Of a stretch of DNA of 27,202 nucleotides, positions 11,675 to 24,527 are shown in pieces. Made by a program: the position numbers and the translations under genes. Every line of letters begins with the position of its first letter. The first letter of the stretch is position 1. Under the pieces are notes generated by a model. It searched no databases. It was given only the letters and a program-made list of their open reading frames with translations, and was not told where the DNA came from. This DNA is from Ginkgo biloba (taxonomy: Eukaryota; Plantae; Ginkgophyta): contig JANKJI020000002.1 of NCBI GenBank assembly GCA_024626585.2, forward strand, positions 116,370,317 through 116,397,518. The letters run 5' to 3'.

Positions 11675-13350
11675 TTTCCCTCCTTTAGTATTGGGTTCTC
11701 CAAATAAGGATTTTTTGTTCTTAGAGAGTTGTTAGATGAAATACCCCCACATTTCATCTAAGTTGCATTGTGGCCTTATTATCTTATGATGTACCTCATA
11801 AATATAGAACCTAAAGATTAAGTGGAAGTAATGAATCCTCTAAGAGCACTCAAAAGAAAGATCCTAAACTCTACTACTTGGTGCAAGAAGCCTTTATATT
11901 ATTAGATGACTGTAGTGACACAGGATGATATGACTTTCTACTCTAAATAGTTTCTTATTTATAATTTCAAGAAAAAGGTACGATGTTGACCAGGAAAAGG
12001 CACAATGTTGAATGAATATAGATTAAACCAAAAACTTAACGAAACTGGCCCCTTTTCACTCTTTGATGATGTAGGATGATTGTTGGAGATCTTTCCATCA
12101 CTAAGAGAGAGGGAATAAGGCCATATATCAATGAGTGGGGACATGATCTTACTCAATTCAATATCTTAAGGAGATACACACTCTTTAAATTTTATTGTGT
12201 ACCTTATTTATGAGAAAATAACCATCTTATTATCTTGGATATGATTTAATGGGACCCATAGTGATATGTATTTTATTTTTCTAGTTATCTTATTGTTATT
12301 ACTAGAGAGGGAATTAATTATATACTCAATTATCATAGAGTGGTGAGTATATACTACTATAGGTCCATTTACTAAGAGGGAATAATCATATTATTTTGTC
12401 TTAAAGGCTATGTTGTTATCTGATCATTGTCCAATCACACCACACCATAATAATTTATTATATCTAGGATGATACATATCATATCATAACTTATATTGTC
12501 ACTTAGTGGATCATTATATTTACTATTTATTATGGACTAATGCTAAGAGTTGTGGATATTTAGGATGTATAACTAGATGGAACCTTATAAAATTTGATAA
12601 TGATATTATTAGAGTCCTTCATTAAGTCACTATATGAATGTCATATAGATAAAAGGAGGATCATATTTTAGTATGTAGAAATATTTTAGGCATTCTTATT
12701 TAGGATATTTATACATCTACAACTAAAGGGAGGCCTGACAATAATAGTACCTATTATTCCTAGATTAGCCAATTGGGAGGTGATCTAGATTAGGGAATAG
12801 GTATAGTTAGGTGTTTCCCACAAGACCATGGGTATAGACAATATCATTATCACATGATTATTTTCATAGAACTACAATAGATGCATTTTTCACTATAGGT
12901 TGTTGGATTATGCATAGAATGGCTCTAATATGAGGAGTGAATATAAACAAAAGATTTATGAATATAGTATTCAATATGGATTTAGGTACACTTTATATCA
13001 TATAAGAATACCTATAATATTCTAATATAGCTTGGGATCTAGTTTTAAAGCAATCTAGAATGCTTCCAACAATTATAGTTATACAATCCAAGGTTAAGGA
13101 TCCCAAGATACCATATTAATGTTCGTGTACTAAGGAATTGAGAACAAAGTTGGATTTTTCTTCATCTTTTATAGGGTGAAGGAGAAAATACCTCTTTAAT
13201 TAATTAATAGATAATATAGGACATATAGGTTTTTTTTCCCATGTAACAATTAGGTCTAAATCTTCTTCCCAATATTGATTTCTCCACCAAAATTTTATAG
13301 AATTTCTTCTACTAGTTCAAGTAGTTTTAATACTGAGACTTTGTTGGTGG
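11675..13350 (-). mobile_element. Decayed CRM-like gypsy element: gag, protease, degenerate RT-proximal region, PPT (no RH/INT before the PPT)
   Basis: Gag: FWWRNQ, LIVTWEK, IKEVFSPSPYK (~FYP+GY), KCIYC knuckle remnant. Protease: HPKYPQL, YDMICIILD-like segment. PPT AAAGGAGGGAAA at 11686-11675. Confidence 0.65.
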
Positions 13351-14161
13351 GGTTTTGTTACACACCTCACAACTTAATATTTAGGGGAAAACGATGAAGA
13401 TTTTTAGTCATACCTAAATGCAAACCCCTACACATTTTAGAGTTCCTGCTAGAAAAAGAACTCAAGGTACAGNNNNNNNNNNNNNNNNNNNNNNNNNNNN
13501 NNNNNNNNNNNNNNNNNNNNNNNNNNNNNNNNNNNNNNNNNNNNNNNNNNNNNNNNNNNNNNNNNNNNNNNNNNNNNNNNNNNNNNNNNNNNNNNNNNNN
13601 NNNNNNNNNNNNNNNNNNNNNNNNNNNNNNNNNNNNNNNNNNNNNNNNNNNNNNNNNNNNNNNNNNNNNNNNNNNNNNNNNNNNNNNNNNNNNNNNNNNN
13701 NNNNNNNNNNNNNNNNNNNNNNNNNNNNNNNNNNNNNNNNNNNNNNNNNNNNNNNNNNNNNNNNNNNNNNNNNNNNNNNNNNNNNNNNNNNNNNNNNNNN
13801 NNNNNNNNNNNNNNNNNNNNNNNNNNNNNNNNNNNNNNNNNNNNNNNNNNNNNNNNNNNNNNNNNNNNNNNNNNNNNNNNNNNNNNNNNNNNNNNNNNNN
13901 NNNNNNNNNNNNNNNNNNNNNNNNNNNNNNNNNNNNNNNNNNNNNNNNNNNNNNNNNNNNNNNNNNNNNNNNNNNNNNNNNNNNNNNNNNNNNNNNNNNN
14001 NNNNNNNNNNNNNNNNNNNNNNNNNNNNNNNNNNNNNNNNNNNNNNNNNNNNNNNNNNNNNNNNNNNNNATTTTTTTTTTTTTTTTTGATTATTTTATGT
14101 ACTTATATATTAGATGTGAATGAATTTTATGATTCAATACAGATATCATGTCAAAATGAAC

Positions 14162-15490
14162 AAGTATACCCCCTCTTAAAATATTAATACCATGTATGTA
14201 GAGAGGGGAAAGGGGGATGTGGATTCCCCTTACACTAACTTGAGAATAAAAATTCTTAAGCGAAGACCCATTCACTAGATTAGGAAAATTGATACCATCC
14301 ATGTGAGATAAATAATAGGAACCCTTTAGTAATAATTTAGAAATAATAAAGGGTCATAACCACTAAGACTTCAACTTTATTGAGCCTAATTTCCTTTTAG
14401 ATTCATAAAAACATAAAACATGGTCACCCTCTTCGTCTGTTCAAGGTATGAACTTTTGATCAAAATATGTTTTGACTCATTTGAAATGATATTTGATATT
14501 TTTAAATGCTCAAATACAATTATAATCCATTTATTATAACACCTCAATTAAAATGGAATAATATTTTATTGGGTATAACTAATTATGGAACACTATTCTT
14601 AATTAAGGAGTCTTAAGATCAATTGGAAGAATAGAATTGTGGTCTTTTTCTTGAATGTATGGCCATGAAGTTATTCTTCCAATTGATCTTAAGACCACAA
14701 GGACTGGTAATATATTAGATAAAATTAGTGGTAACCTTAATAGATATTCTATAAGACCATTAGAAAGGATAAATCTTAGTGTGTCAATCCTTATAGTTTT
14801 CATAAATTATTTTTTGGAGAATGGTATATAGTATCTTATTAAATTACTCCACTAGGCCATTAGCTTACAAATAATATGAGGAAGTATTAGAATGATCAAT
14901 TCCTAGCTTAATGAAAATTTTAGCCATCAACTCATTTATGAAATTAGTGCCTCAATATGATATAATGGATAGTAGTACACCAAATCTTATAATGATTTAA
15001 TTAAAAAATAAAGATTATGGTAGTTTCCCCATCAACCTTAATGATAAGCAAAGATTCAGCCCATTTAGTAAAATAATAAAAAATAGTAATGATATATTGG
15101 TATCTCCTTCCCACACCAAGGTCATATGGTCTGAAAAAATTGATCTCCCATTTGGAAAATGGATTGGCTATAATTGTAGGGGAGAGGGTCACAAGAGGTG
15201 CATATTTTATAGATACAAATTGTTGACATCATGACTAATATTTAATGGCTTCATGATAGTTTCTAAACATGGTCAGCCAAAATATCCATACAAAATAATA
15301 TTATATGAAATGGTATGGATAGAATAATACCCTATATATACTTTAGAATTAAACTTCAATTCAATCTCTACTTCAGGACAATTATATCTCAGTAATCTAG
15401 ACGATTTTGAGTTACAAAAATTCTCTTGAAATTTCTTCCATATATCCTTGAATTCTAAAGGAATGTTCTGTAGACTCATATCTAAAACTA
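14162..15490 (-). mobile_element. Decayed Tat/Athila-like gypsy integrase with PPT, joined to a protease-RT linker-like segment
   Basis: ILYGYFG*P, LSPTIIANPFSKWEINF, YIITIFYYFTKWAES, IIRFGV..IIS, SSYYL*ANGLVE*FNKIL, DGINFPNLVNGSSLKNFY. PPT AAGAGGGGG at 14177-14169, followed by a TG.. LTR start near 14162. Confidence 0.88.
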
Positions 15491-16074
15491 NNNNNNNNNN
15501 NNNNNNNNNNNNNNNNNNNNNNNNNNNNNNNNNNNNNNNNNNNNNNNNNNNNNNNNNNNNNNNNNNNNNNNNNNNNNNNNNNNNNNNNNNATATATGATA
15601 GAAATCCCAAAATAGAAATTCTATAAGAAATGGATAAAACAAAAAAATAGAAAGATAAAAATAAAAATAAACCAAAACTAAAAATAAAAGACCAACTTGG
15701 TATAGTAAATATGGAGAAATGATGTAGAAAGATAATCCTAAATGTAGTAATATTGGGGTCGGGCATCAAGCTTGTGAAAAAAATGCAAAATCCAAAAGAG
15801 GAGAAATCGCGATGCAAAAATAAAAAATGTGAGGTGCACGAAAAAGGCACAGTTCACTTCATAGGAAAAGAGAAGAACTTTTAGAAAAAATCCCCTCATA
15901 ATAAGAAAAAGATATGGTGCCTTTGAAATAGAAATTTTATAAAAAATTAGCAAATAACAATCGAGTAAGCCTAAAAACAACGACACAAATAATGGCTTTG
16001 ATAAGATTGCTATGATAGATGAAATAATAATGGAATAATGGATTAAATATAAAAAACAAATTGAGAATGATATA

Positions 16075-17110
16075 GTATGGTCACTACTTATGTTTGTGCC
16101 AAAAACTACCCCTACAAGTTATGAAGGCAATATGAAGTAATTAGTGGCATAAACACAGGGTAACACTTATTATGCGTGATGGTGGATGAGTTCTTACATA
16201 GTAAATTATCTTCTTAATTGCTCTTGTTCCCTTGGATAGTTCGAATCAATGTCCTGAATGGATGAGTTACCTACAACATGACAACAAGATAGAGACAAGA
16301 GTAATATATGTATATAAAAGGAAATATAATTACCCACATAAATACTCATGCATTGAGAAGAACATGCATAAATTGAGATAATATAAAGAGAGACACAGGT
16401 ATCAAAAGAGAAATATTGTTATAATCAATAACAAGGTGGCACCGTTAGAACATCTTCATCAAGAAAAGACTTGTACCCTAGAAGGATACAACATTTCTCC
16501 TCTCTCTCTTCATGAAAATCTTCTTTTGTGTAATTTATATGCCTCAATAGTGTGACCTAAATCTAACAAAGTCTTGTCTTATGCTATATAACATGCATAG
16601 ACTAAGTTATCTCAACAATCCATGATTATAATCAATGAATGATACACTAGCTCGAAATCAAATGCAATATTACATTCAAAGATTCCCCATACTTTTTTAT
16701 GTTGGGCTCAAAGGATATTTATAATAATAGATGAGGGTTCTTAACCTTGAAATGATGGGAGTTAATTATATGATGTTGGCTTACACAAGGTCATGATCTT
16801 ATATGTGCACATGGATTATTAATTAAAGATTGTGTGTAATATGTGAGGCAATACAACTATGGTTAAATGTGGTCAAAGATATGCAAAAGCCTATGTGAAA
16901 AGATAATCATGGTGATATAAGGACCACAATTAAGGTAACAATATGAGTAAAATTCATGAGTACATAATGCAAGGTGCATAAAGTGGAGATAAATTGGTGC
17001 ACTCATGAGTTACAAGAAATGGTATATTAATGAATGTAAGTAACAACAAAATGATTTGCACAATTTAGAAGGTAAATTTGGAGGTATGAAAAAGGGAAAT
17101 AATGATGCGC
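16075..17110 (-). mobile_element. Probable LTR (3' end ...TTTTGGCACAAACA at 16091) with adjacent degenerate PBS
   Basis: CA terminus at 16091, then TAAG and TAGTGACCATA (16086-16076), a transition-decayed TGGCGACCACA-type PBS. TATA-like GGCATATAAAT near 16545-16533, followed by a GA-rich tract. A T-rich leader (15591-16070) points toward the integrase. Right boundary uncertain. Confidence 0.5.
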
Positions 17111-17116
17111 CCCCTA

Positions 17117-17710
17117 CATATGCTCACTATAAGAAGTGATCATATGATATAAGTTGTGGGATGCTCTTAGGTATATTAATCTTTAGTTATAAGTAATTAT
17201 TATCAACATTAGATTGTAAAAAAGAAGAAAAATCTTCCCTAAAATGTTTCCTACCTAGGACCAAGCTCTTCCTTGTCATTATTATATGAAGGTCATGTGA
17301 TGATGATGGAATGTCCTCTATTATATGGTCATGCAAAGAGATAATATGTTTATTAATAGGTGTATATGTATATAATGAATAATAATTTGATCTATATTCA
17401 TTCCATCTTGAAGTTATTTATACCCCTCTCACTACCTATATAAGGTTATATGACGATGATGGACTAGTAAGTTAAGGTGTATACTTATACAAAGTATTGG
17501 TGTCATTTGATATTATTCTTAACTCCTATATGTGGTAGAAGCGATAATAATATAAAGTGAGATGTTGTGTTAGTAATTTTATTCCCTTTATTTAAAGAAA
17601 CCAATTGTAATAAACCTATAAGAGAAGCCAGTCAATAATTAATTCCATACTTATTTAAGCGATAATCATCGGTCCTTATATAGTAGGTAATATGGCTATC
17701 AAACTAGAAT
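17117..17710 (-). repeat. Second copy of the protease-end/degenerate-RT segment also present at 19031-19624
   Basis: Collinear shared blocks: catatgctca, cttccctaaaatg, gaaggtcat, tgtcctcta, tacccctctcactacc, gaaaccaattg, tcaaactagaat. Confidence 0.85.
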
Positions 17711-18149
17711 NNNNNNNNNNNNNNNNNNNNNNNNNNNNNNNNNNNNNNNNNNNNNNNNNNNNNNNNNNNNNNNNNNNNNNNNNNNNNNNNNNNNNNNNNN
17801 NNNNNNNNNNNNNNNNNNNNNNNNNNNNNNNNNNNNNNNNNNNNNNNNNNNNNNNNNNNNNNNNNNNNNNNNNNNNNNNNNNNNNNNNNNNNNNNNNNNN
17901 NNNNNNNNNNNNNNNNNNNNNNNNNNNNNNNNNNNNNNNNNNNNNNNNNNNNNTTATTTATTATGACTAACACGCACGTGTTTTTAGATTTTATAAATAG
18001 TGACCTTTCTGAGTGAAAGACATCACACCTTTTCAAGGCCATGATATGCCTTCTCCTATTTACATTATGCCTTTACCTTCCTTGTAGGTTTGTTGCATGT
18101 CAATGCTTTGCCTTTTTTGCAATGTTTTATTTTTATTTGATTAGAGCTA

Positions 18150-18701
18150 AAAGTCTAAAAAATTGAGTTTTTAGATATTCCATACATAGGACAACCACAA
18201 GTATGATGAATATAGATATATTATAGATATTACAATGAAAGAGAATCATTTAATTTATCTATAAATTAAATAGAAATTTAATAATTGATAGATTCCATAA
18301 GATTCAAGTAAAATTCCCCATGATTGCAAAGATGCAAAGGCTCTAAGAATTCTTGAATTCAATTCTCAATTATTGAATTCTTCAATTATGTAATTTTGAT
18401 TGAAAAAGAATGTAGTACATAGTTTTATAGGAAAACCTTTTCTAAAAGTAGTTGTAAGGAAACCCTAATCATAAAGAGGAAATGACCATGATTAGTTGGT
18501 GTGCACAAAACAACTAATTATTAATTAAATAATAAGAATTAAATCCTATTTCTATAATTATTTACTCACATAATTAATATTTTCTATGTACATCATAACT
18601 CTTAGTTATACAAATTTACAATGAAATGAGTGAGTAAATGACCAAAATATAGATGTGACTTGCATGAGAATGTGTAAATATGAATGCACAACACATAAAT
18701 G
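18150..18701 (-). mobile_element. Probable 3' LTR of the 18.7-20.8 kb element
   Basis: Begins immediately after the PPT (18712-18704); TATA-like CCTATAAAA near 18432-18424 on the minus strand; left boundary uncertain. Confidence 0.4.
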
Positions 18702-20770
18702 TATCCCTCCTTAAGTAAAATGGTCCCCATTTCAATTAGAAGAGGTGATGTTACCTTGTCTCTTACGCACTAGCCAAAAGCTATATGAGTAGAGAGATTG
18801 ATGAAATGGCAATGCATTAGAAAGGGTGGCTTTGCCAACATAAGAAGTAAAAAGTGTATTGGAGAGAGAAACTCATTCAATATATATCCTTCAACTACAA
18901 GTGATGAACTCTTATTGAGGATGATCGTTGGAAGTAGAATTCAATCAAGGGATTTTCAAAATAAGCAAGCCCATTTTATTGTCATCTAAATAGAATATTC
19001 AAGTTTAAAGGACTATTCCATTTCCCCCAACATATGCTCATTGTATGAAGATGATAATATGATGCAAGTTGTAGAGTGCTCCTGGGTATATGCTGCTTTA
19101 ATGATAATTAATCAGTCTCCACATCAGATTTAGGAAAATAAGATAAAGCTTCCCTAAAATGCTACCTACATGAAACCTGGCTCTTCCCTTTTGTTATCGT
19201 ACGAAGGTCATATGATGAAGGTGTGGGAGTGTCCTCTAGTATGTGGTTATATAAAGAGAAAGAATGTTGAGTAATAGTTGTCTCTATATCTAAGAAAAAA
19301 GAAGTCAATCTTTGCAAGCTACCTTGAAGTTGTTGTACCCCTCTCACTACCCATAGAATGTTATATGATGATGGTAGACTAATAAGTTATGGTGTATGCT
19401 CATGCAAAAGATTGGTGTTATTGATGCTATGCCCAATTTTTAGAAATGGTGGAAATGATAATAATAAAAAGTAGCATGCTATATTAGCATGTTTCTTCCC
19501 TTGGGTTGGAGAAACCAATTGGACTGAACTTGCAAGAAAAGGTAGTCAATAGGTAATTCCCTCCTTCTTCAAGTGGTAGTTATGGGTCCTTCCATCATAG
19601 TTAGCATATTGATCAAACTAGAATAGGCATCCCAATAACATATTGCAATAGTCCATGTGAACCGCATCATAAGTGACCTCATCAAGATAAAACTGAATAG
19701 TAAAGTGAATGGTGCAAAACCTATCCAAATTTCCACCTTATTGTGAGGACTACTCACTCTAACCCAACCTTAAGATATGGTGAAGGGTGTGGCTGAGTAG
19801 GAAGTTTAAGCTCATGTACTAGTTTAGATGAGATGTTATTCTTTATACTCCTATTGTCTAAAGTCATAGAAATTAGACGATCCTCAACATGAGCTCTTTG
19901 AACACAGAGCAACTCTCTACCCACCAAATATTACGATGTACTAGTGAGGGAAAAGATTTTATCTACCTGCATCTATCCTTGTTGATCCACATTATGGTCT
20001 CCATCCTCTTGTACTAAGGGGTTTTTCTTCTTCACACACACTTATTCTTGGAATTTGAGTAAAACCCCTTTGTCATATGGCCATAACACTTGTGATTCTC
20101 ATAGTACTTGGTCTAATCAACTATCTTTTCATTCCCCTTACCATTTAAGGATTGTTTGTCTCTACTAAGTTTAAAAGTAGTAGAATATGATTTATTTCCC
20201 TTATATAAGTTGGATAAGGAAGAAGAGGTAGTAGATATAGAAGGGAGATTTTTCTTAAGAATATTTTTCTCCACCTATAAAGCATAATCGTGTGCTTCAT
20301 CTACATTAGTGATAGGGATGATATTTAAATATTTTTGGTAGGTTGAAAAGATTCCTCCAATGTATTTTAGGGTTAGTATATCCTTGTTCTCATCAATATA
20401 TATCCTAATACTAAGTTTATAAAACTTATCATTATACTCTTGCACTAATTACCCTATGGTCTTATGTAGATATTTCCATCTCCTAGTAAGATACTCCATA
20501 TAGTCATAGAACTTGTCTTAAACCATATACTTAATTTCTTCCTATGGAGTCACTAGATTCTAATATAAGTTTTCTATACTCATAAGAGTGTCCCATAAGA
20601 TAATTACATATTTTTTTTATTTTCAACTTGGTGAACAAACACCATTTTTTATCTCCATAATCTTGATTCACAAAGTAAACTTCTAATCTCCTGATCCATG
20701 ATCCACTTTATTATCATTGATGGTACCGTCAAATAGAACAAGATAAATTTTGGTATCCACTTTTATCATC
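18702..20770 (-). mobile_element. CRM-like gypsy element: gag, aspartic protease, degenerate RT-like region, PPT (RH/INT absent)
   Basis: Gag: LFDG..WIRRLEVYF, IWFK, LVQEYNDKF, RLCFIGGEKYS. Protease: MTLDNRSIKNNISSKLVHELKLPTQPHPSPY, YLDEVTYDAVHMDYCNMLLG..FDQYANYDGR. Faint RT-start similarity. Terminal ATGGGGACCA..TTAAGGAGGGA at 18730-18704. No N gap within this interval. Confidence 0.8.
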
Positions 20771-21289
20771 TAACTAGTGGAATTAAAANNNNNNNNNNNN
20801 NNNNNNNNNNNNNNNNNNNNNNNNNNNNNNNNNNNNNNNNNNNNNNNNNNNNNNNNNNNNNNNNNNNNNNNNNNNNNNNNNNNNNNNNNNNNNNNNNNNN
20901 NNNNNNNNNNNNNNNNNNNNNNNNNNNNNNNNNNNNNNNNNNNNNNNNNNNNNNNNNNNNNNNNNNNNNNNNNNNNNNNNNNNNNNNNNNNNNNNNNNNN
21001 NNNNNNNNNNNNNNNNNNNNNNNNNNNNNNNNNNNNNNNNNNNNNNNNNNNNNNNNNNNNNNNNNNNNNNNNNNNNNNNNNNNNNNNNNNNNNNNNNNNN
21101 NNNNNNNNNNNNNNNNNNNNNNNNNNNNNNNNNNNNNNNNNNNNNNNNNNNNNNNNNNNNNNNNNNNNNNNNNNNNNNNNNNNNNNNNNNNNNNNNNNNN
21201 NNNNNNNNNNNNNNNNNNNNNNNNNNNNNNNNNNNNNNNNNNNNNNNNNNNNNNNNNNNNNNNNNNNNNNNNNNNNNNNNNNTTAATTT

Positions 21290-23413
21290 TTCATTTATTT
21301 CTTATCATAATATTGTACCTCCTTTTTATATTATAAATCCATCTTTGGAACATATCCTTTTTGGGTAGATTCCCAATTATAGATATAATTATTTGATAAT
21401 AAAATGAAAGTCGATTCACTTCAATATTAGATTGAAGACTACAAGGTATACTATGCTTTCTAGGTCTATACAGATATGTAGAAGATTATTTTTCCTTCTC
21501 TACAAAATATCCCNNNNNNNNNNNNNNNNNNNNNNNNNNNNNNNNNNNNNNNNNNNNNNNNNNNNNTAAAAAATGGAAAGACTCTTATTTATTCTTGGTT
21601 CGATTTTAAAGGAGTTAAGGAAAAATTTCTATCCTATAGGCTACGAGAATGAACTTTATCTCAAATGGCATCATGTATATCATAGAGTTGTAGGACTACT
21701 ATGAGGAGTTTCAAGACCTCTCCATAAAGTTGTATATAAAGGATCCTAAGGATAAAATAGTGCTTACATTTGTTGGTGATCTATATAATCAACTTTGCCA
21801 TGAGATGGAACTATTCCCACTTCATTCTATGTAGGAATATTAAAGATTTTCTTCCAAGGTTAAAGAACAAAGTAAGTCTCCTCAAGCCTTGAAAGGGAAG
21901 GACGAGTAGGAAAACACTTCTCCTCCATATTCCTTAAGTAAGGATAATAATAAATTAGGTTTTGACCATACTAATATGTGTGGGCAATATAGGAAAGTAA
22001 TACATGATGAAGTAAATTGCTTCAAACTAAACCCAAAAAATGCACCCAAGAATCTACATTAGAGAAGAAAAATGGTCAAATAAACATTCCTAAAGTATCC
22101 ATTACTTCATGTGTACCATATATTTTAATAGACCTGGTCAGAAATAAGACTAATGGTAAGGAGAGAGAGAAAATTTTACTTTGAAACTTCAATTGAAAGA
22201 TAATATGGCTTCACCAATTTTGGATAGTGGGAGTTAAAAGATTTAAGGCTAGAGTTGTATGATCATCTATACCCATATGAGATCATTGGTAGGATGAATA
22301 TCAATAACANNNNNNNNNNNNNNNNNNNNNNNNNNNNNNNNNNNNNNNNNNNNNNNNNNNNNNNNNNNNNNNNNNNNNNNNNNNNNNNNNNNNNNNNNNN
22401 NNNNNNNNNTATTTTTACTAGTCAAAAATGTAGATTGACATGGAGATACATGTTAGGTCATTTTCACTTTGTTGCATTTCCAAGCCTTCCAATATGAATC
22501 TTAGGAAATACTAGCCTATACTAGTGTAGTATTAGCCATGGGATTCTATTCTTATGAACTTCTTAGGAGTTTTGTCTCCAAATTAGCATGGTCATGATTA
22601 TATCCTTATAGTTGGGTACAAGTTTAATAAGATGGTCATTTTGATGGTATGTCATAAGACAACATCTATACCATAGGTTTCTAGATTATTCTTCACCCAT
22701 GTTTGGATCCATTATGGATTGCCTTCTTCTATCATTTCTAATCAATATGGAAAGTTTCTCATCATTTTTGGATAATCTTAGGGGGATGATAGATACTAAG
22801 TTAAATTGATTAACTTCCTTTCATCCATTTTTAGATATATGGATAGATAGAGGTGGTTATTAATGCATTGGTGTATGATTTATATATATTCAACCATAGT
22901 CATCCTAAGACTATGTATAAATACCTTCCTTACATCCAACATAGTTCTTCATCGCTCACTTAATCTCTCTCCATTGTAGGCTTGCTTAGGATTTCTTCAT
23001 AATTCACCTCTTAATGTACGTATTTTAGTTTCTCCATCTAGCACTTGATCTTATTTTGAGAAAAAGTATCATGCATAGGCTACCCACTTTAATGACCATA
23101 TGTAGAGGGTGCATAATCAATCTCATAATTCCTTGTTGAAGGCTTAATCTAGGTATAAATATGCAATCTATAATCATAAGAAAAATCATAGTTTTTAGGA
23201 TGGGGATAGATTATGGATCTGTACACCCAAGGAGATGTTAAAGAGTAAAGAGAAAAATATAAAGCCACTTTGGCATGGACCATGCACCATTTTAGAGAAT
23301 TTTGAGAATAATCATTTTCACTTGGACTTACCTCTAGACATGGGACTCCATCCTATATTTAATGTGGAAAATTTTAAAATCCATGATTTATCATTGTTAG
23401 ATGAGTTAGTTAT
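21290..23413 (+). mobile_element. Decayed CRM-like gypsy element on the plus strand: gag, protease, [gap], integrase
   Basis: Gag: FYPIGYE, DYYEEFQ, FVGDL..EMELF, CGQYRKVIHDEVNCFKLNP. Protease: ILDSGS*K. INT: ISKPSN..PWDSILMNFLG, HVWIHYGLPSSIISN, PLWHGPCTIL..LDLP..GLHPIFNVENFK. Confidence 0.88.
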
Positions 23414-23973
23414 NNNNNNNNNNNNNNNNNNNNNNNNNNNNNNNNNNNNNNNNNNNNNNNNNNNNNNNNNNNNNNNNNNNNNNNNNNNNNNNNNNNNNNN
23501 NNNNNNNNNNNNNAAATGAAAAAAATATTTCAAATTCTTTCCTAGCCTTTTGACTTCAGAATTTTTTTGATTAAAAGGTGCTAAAATTGAGTTAAGCCCC
23601 TAGTTATATAGCGTTGTAGGGCTAACTGCATTTTTGAAGCATTTAGGAGTCTTTTAATTTCTGAAAAGACGGTCTTATATAAAATTTCATTTTCTCTCAT
23701 TTGAAGACAGCCACATGACTAAATTCTGGCATCCTGCATGATGACCGACATTTTCAANNNNNNNNNNNNNNNNNNNNNNNNNNNNNNNNNNNNNNNNNNN
23801 NNNNNNNNNNNNNNNNNNNNNNNNNNNNNNNNNNNNNNNNNNNNNNNNNNNNNNNAATCAATAGAATTTCCTTTTTGTGGTGTGTTGAGGTTGTTTTAAG
23901 CCCGCTGTAGTGTTTCATGGTGTGTGATTTTTTAATCTTGTGTCTGTATTTTTTCTTTTTCTTTTTTGGAAAA

Positions 23974-24527
23974 ATGGCAAGCAAAAGGGGGATCATGGGC
24001 ACAGTCATAGAAAAATTAACTAGTTCGGAGAATTATACAGTTTGGAAGCATTAGATGAGGAGCATTCAATAGCTAAATGATCTATGGAAATATNNNNNNN
24101 NNNNNNNNNNNNNNNNNNNNNNNNNNNNNNNNNNNNNNNNNNNNNNNNNNNNNNNNNNNNNNNNNNNNNATCACCCTAGGATTCATCAATCTGTCGGTGC
24201 GTGGCAACTTGATTGTGAATGTCAAGGATGCCAAGACACCTAAGGAAGCATGGACTACAATCACCTCCTTGTATGAGCACAAGGATGATGCTAGGGTATT
24301 GTGCTGAGGAATCAACTGTACTACATCAAACTCAGAGGACTAATGATTGATCATCTACAGTAGGTCAAAGTCATCAAGGACTAACTCAATACTATTAGAC
24401 AAAAGTTTGAGAACATAGAATTGGTCACTTTCATACTTAGGAGTCTGCCTAGATCTTATGAGAGTTTCATAACCAACTTGACAATAGTTGGGAGGCTAAC
24501 CACTTTGTCCTTTAATGAATTGGAGTT
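23974..24527 (+). mobile_element. Ty1/copia gag (UBN2/Retrotran_gag_2-type) pseudogenic ORF, 3'-truncated; 5' leader probably 23514-23973
   Basis: MASKRGIMGTVIEKLTSSENYTVWKH*M..DLWKY, INLSV..VKDAKTPKEAWTTITSLYE, LRNQLYYIKL, ELVTFILRSLPRSYESFI, LSFNELE; several stops and one frameshift. Confidence 0.88.

Noticed and set aside
16435-16452. TGGCACCGTT resembling a tRNA-Asp-type PBS on the plus strand
   Set aside because: The match collapses after ~10 nt, no plus-strand gag follows, and flanking evidence favours minus orientation.
17111-17118. TGTAGGGG (minus) as the exact LTR start
   Set aside because: The same motif occurs inside the homologous internal segment near 19024-19032, so it cannot be trusted as the LTR boundary.
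2132-23513. Long ORFs made of X residues, and apparent domain deletions across N runs (for example RT missing at 22310-22409, gag missing at 15491-15590)
   Set aside because: Runs of exactly 100 N (2132, 3266, 7347, 11462, 15491, 22310, 23414) look like placeholder gaps of unknown size, so contiguity cannot be inferred.
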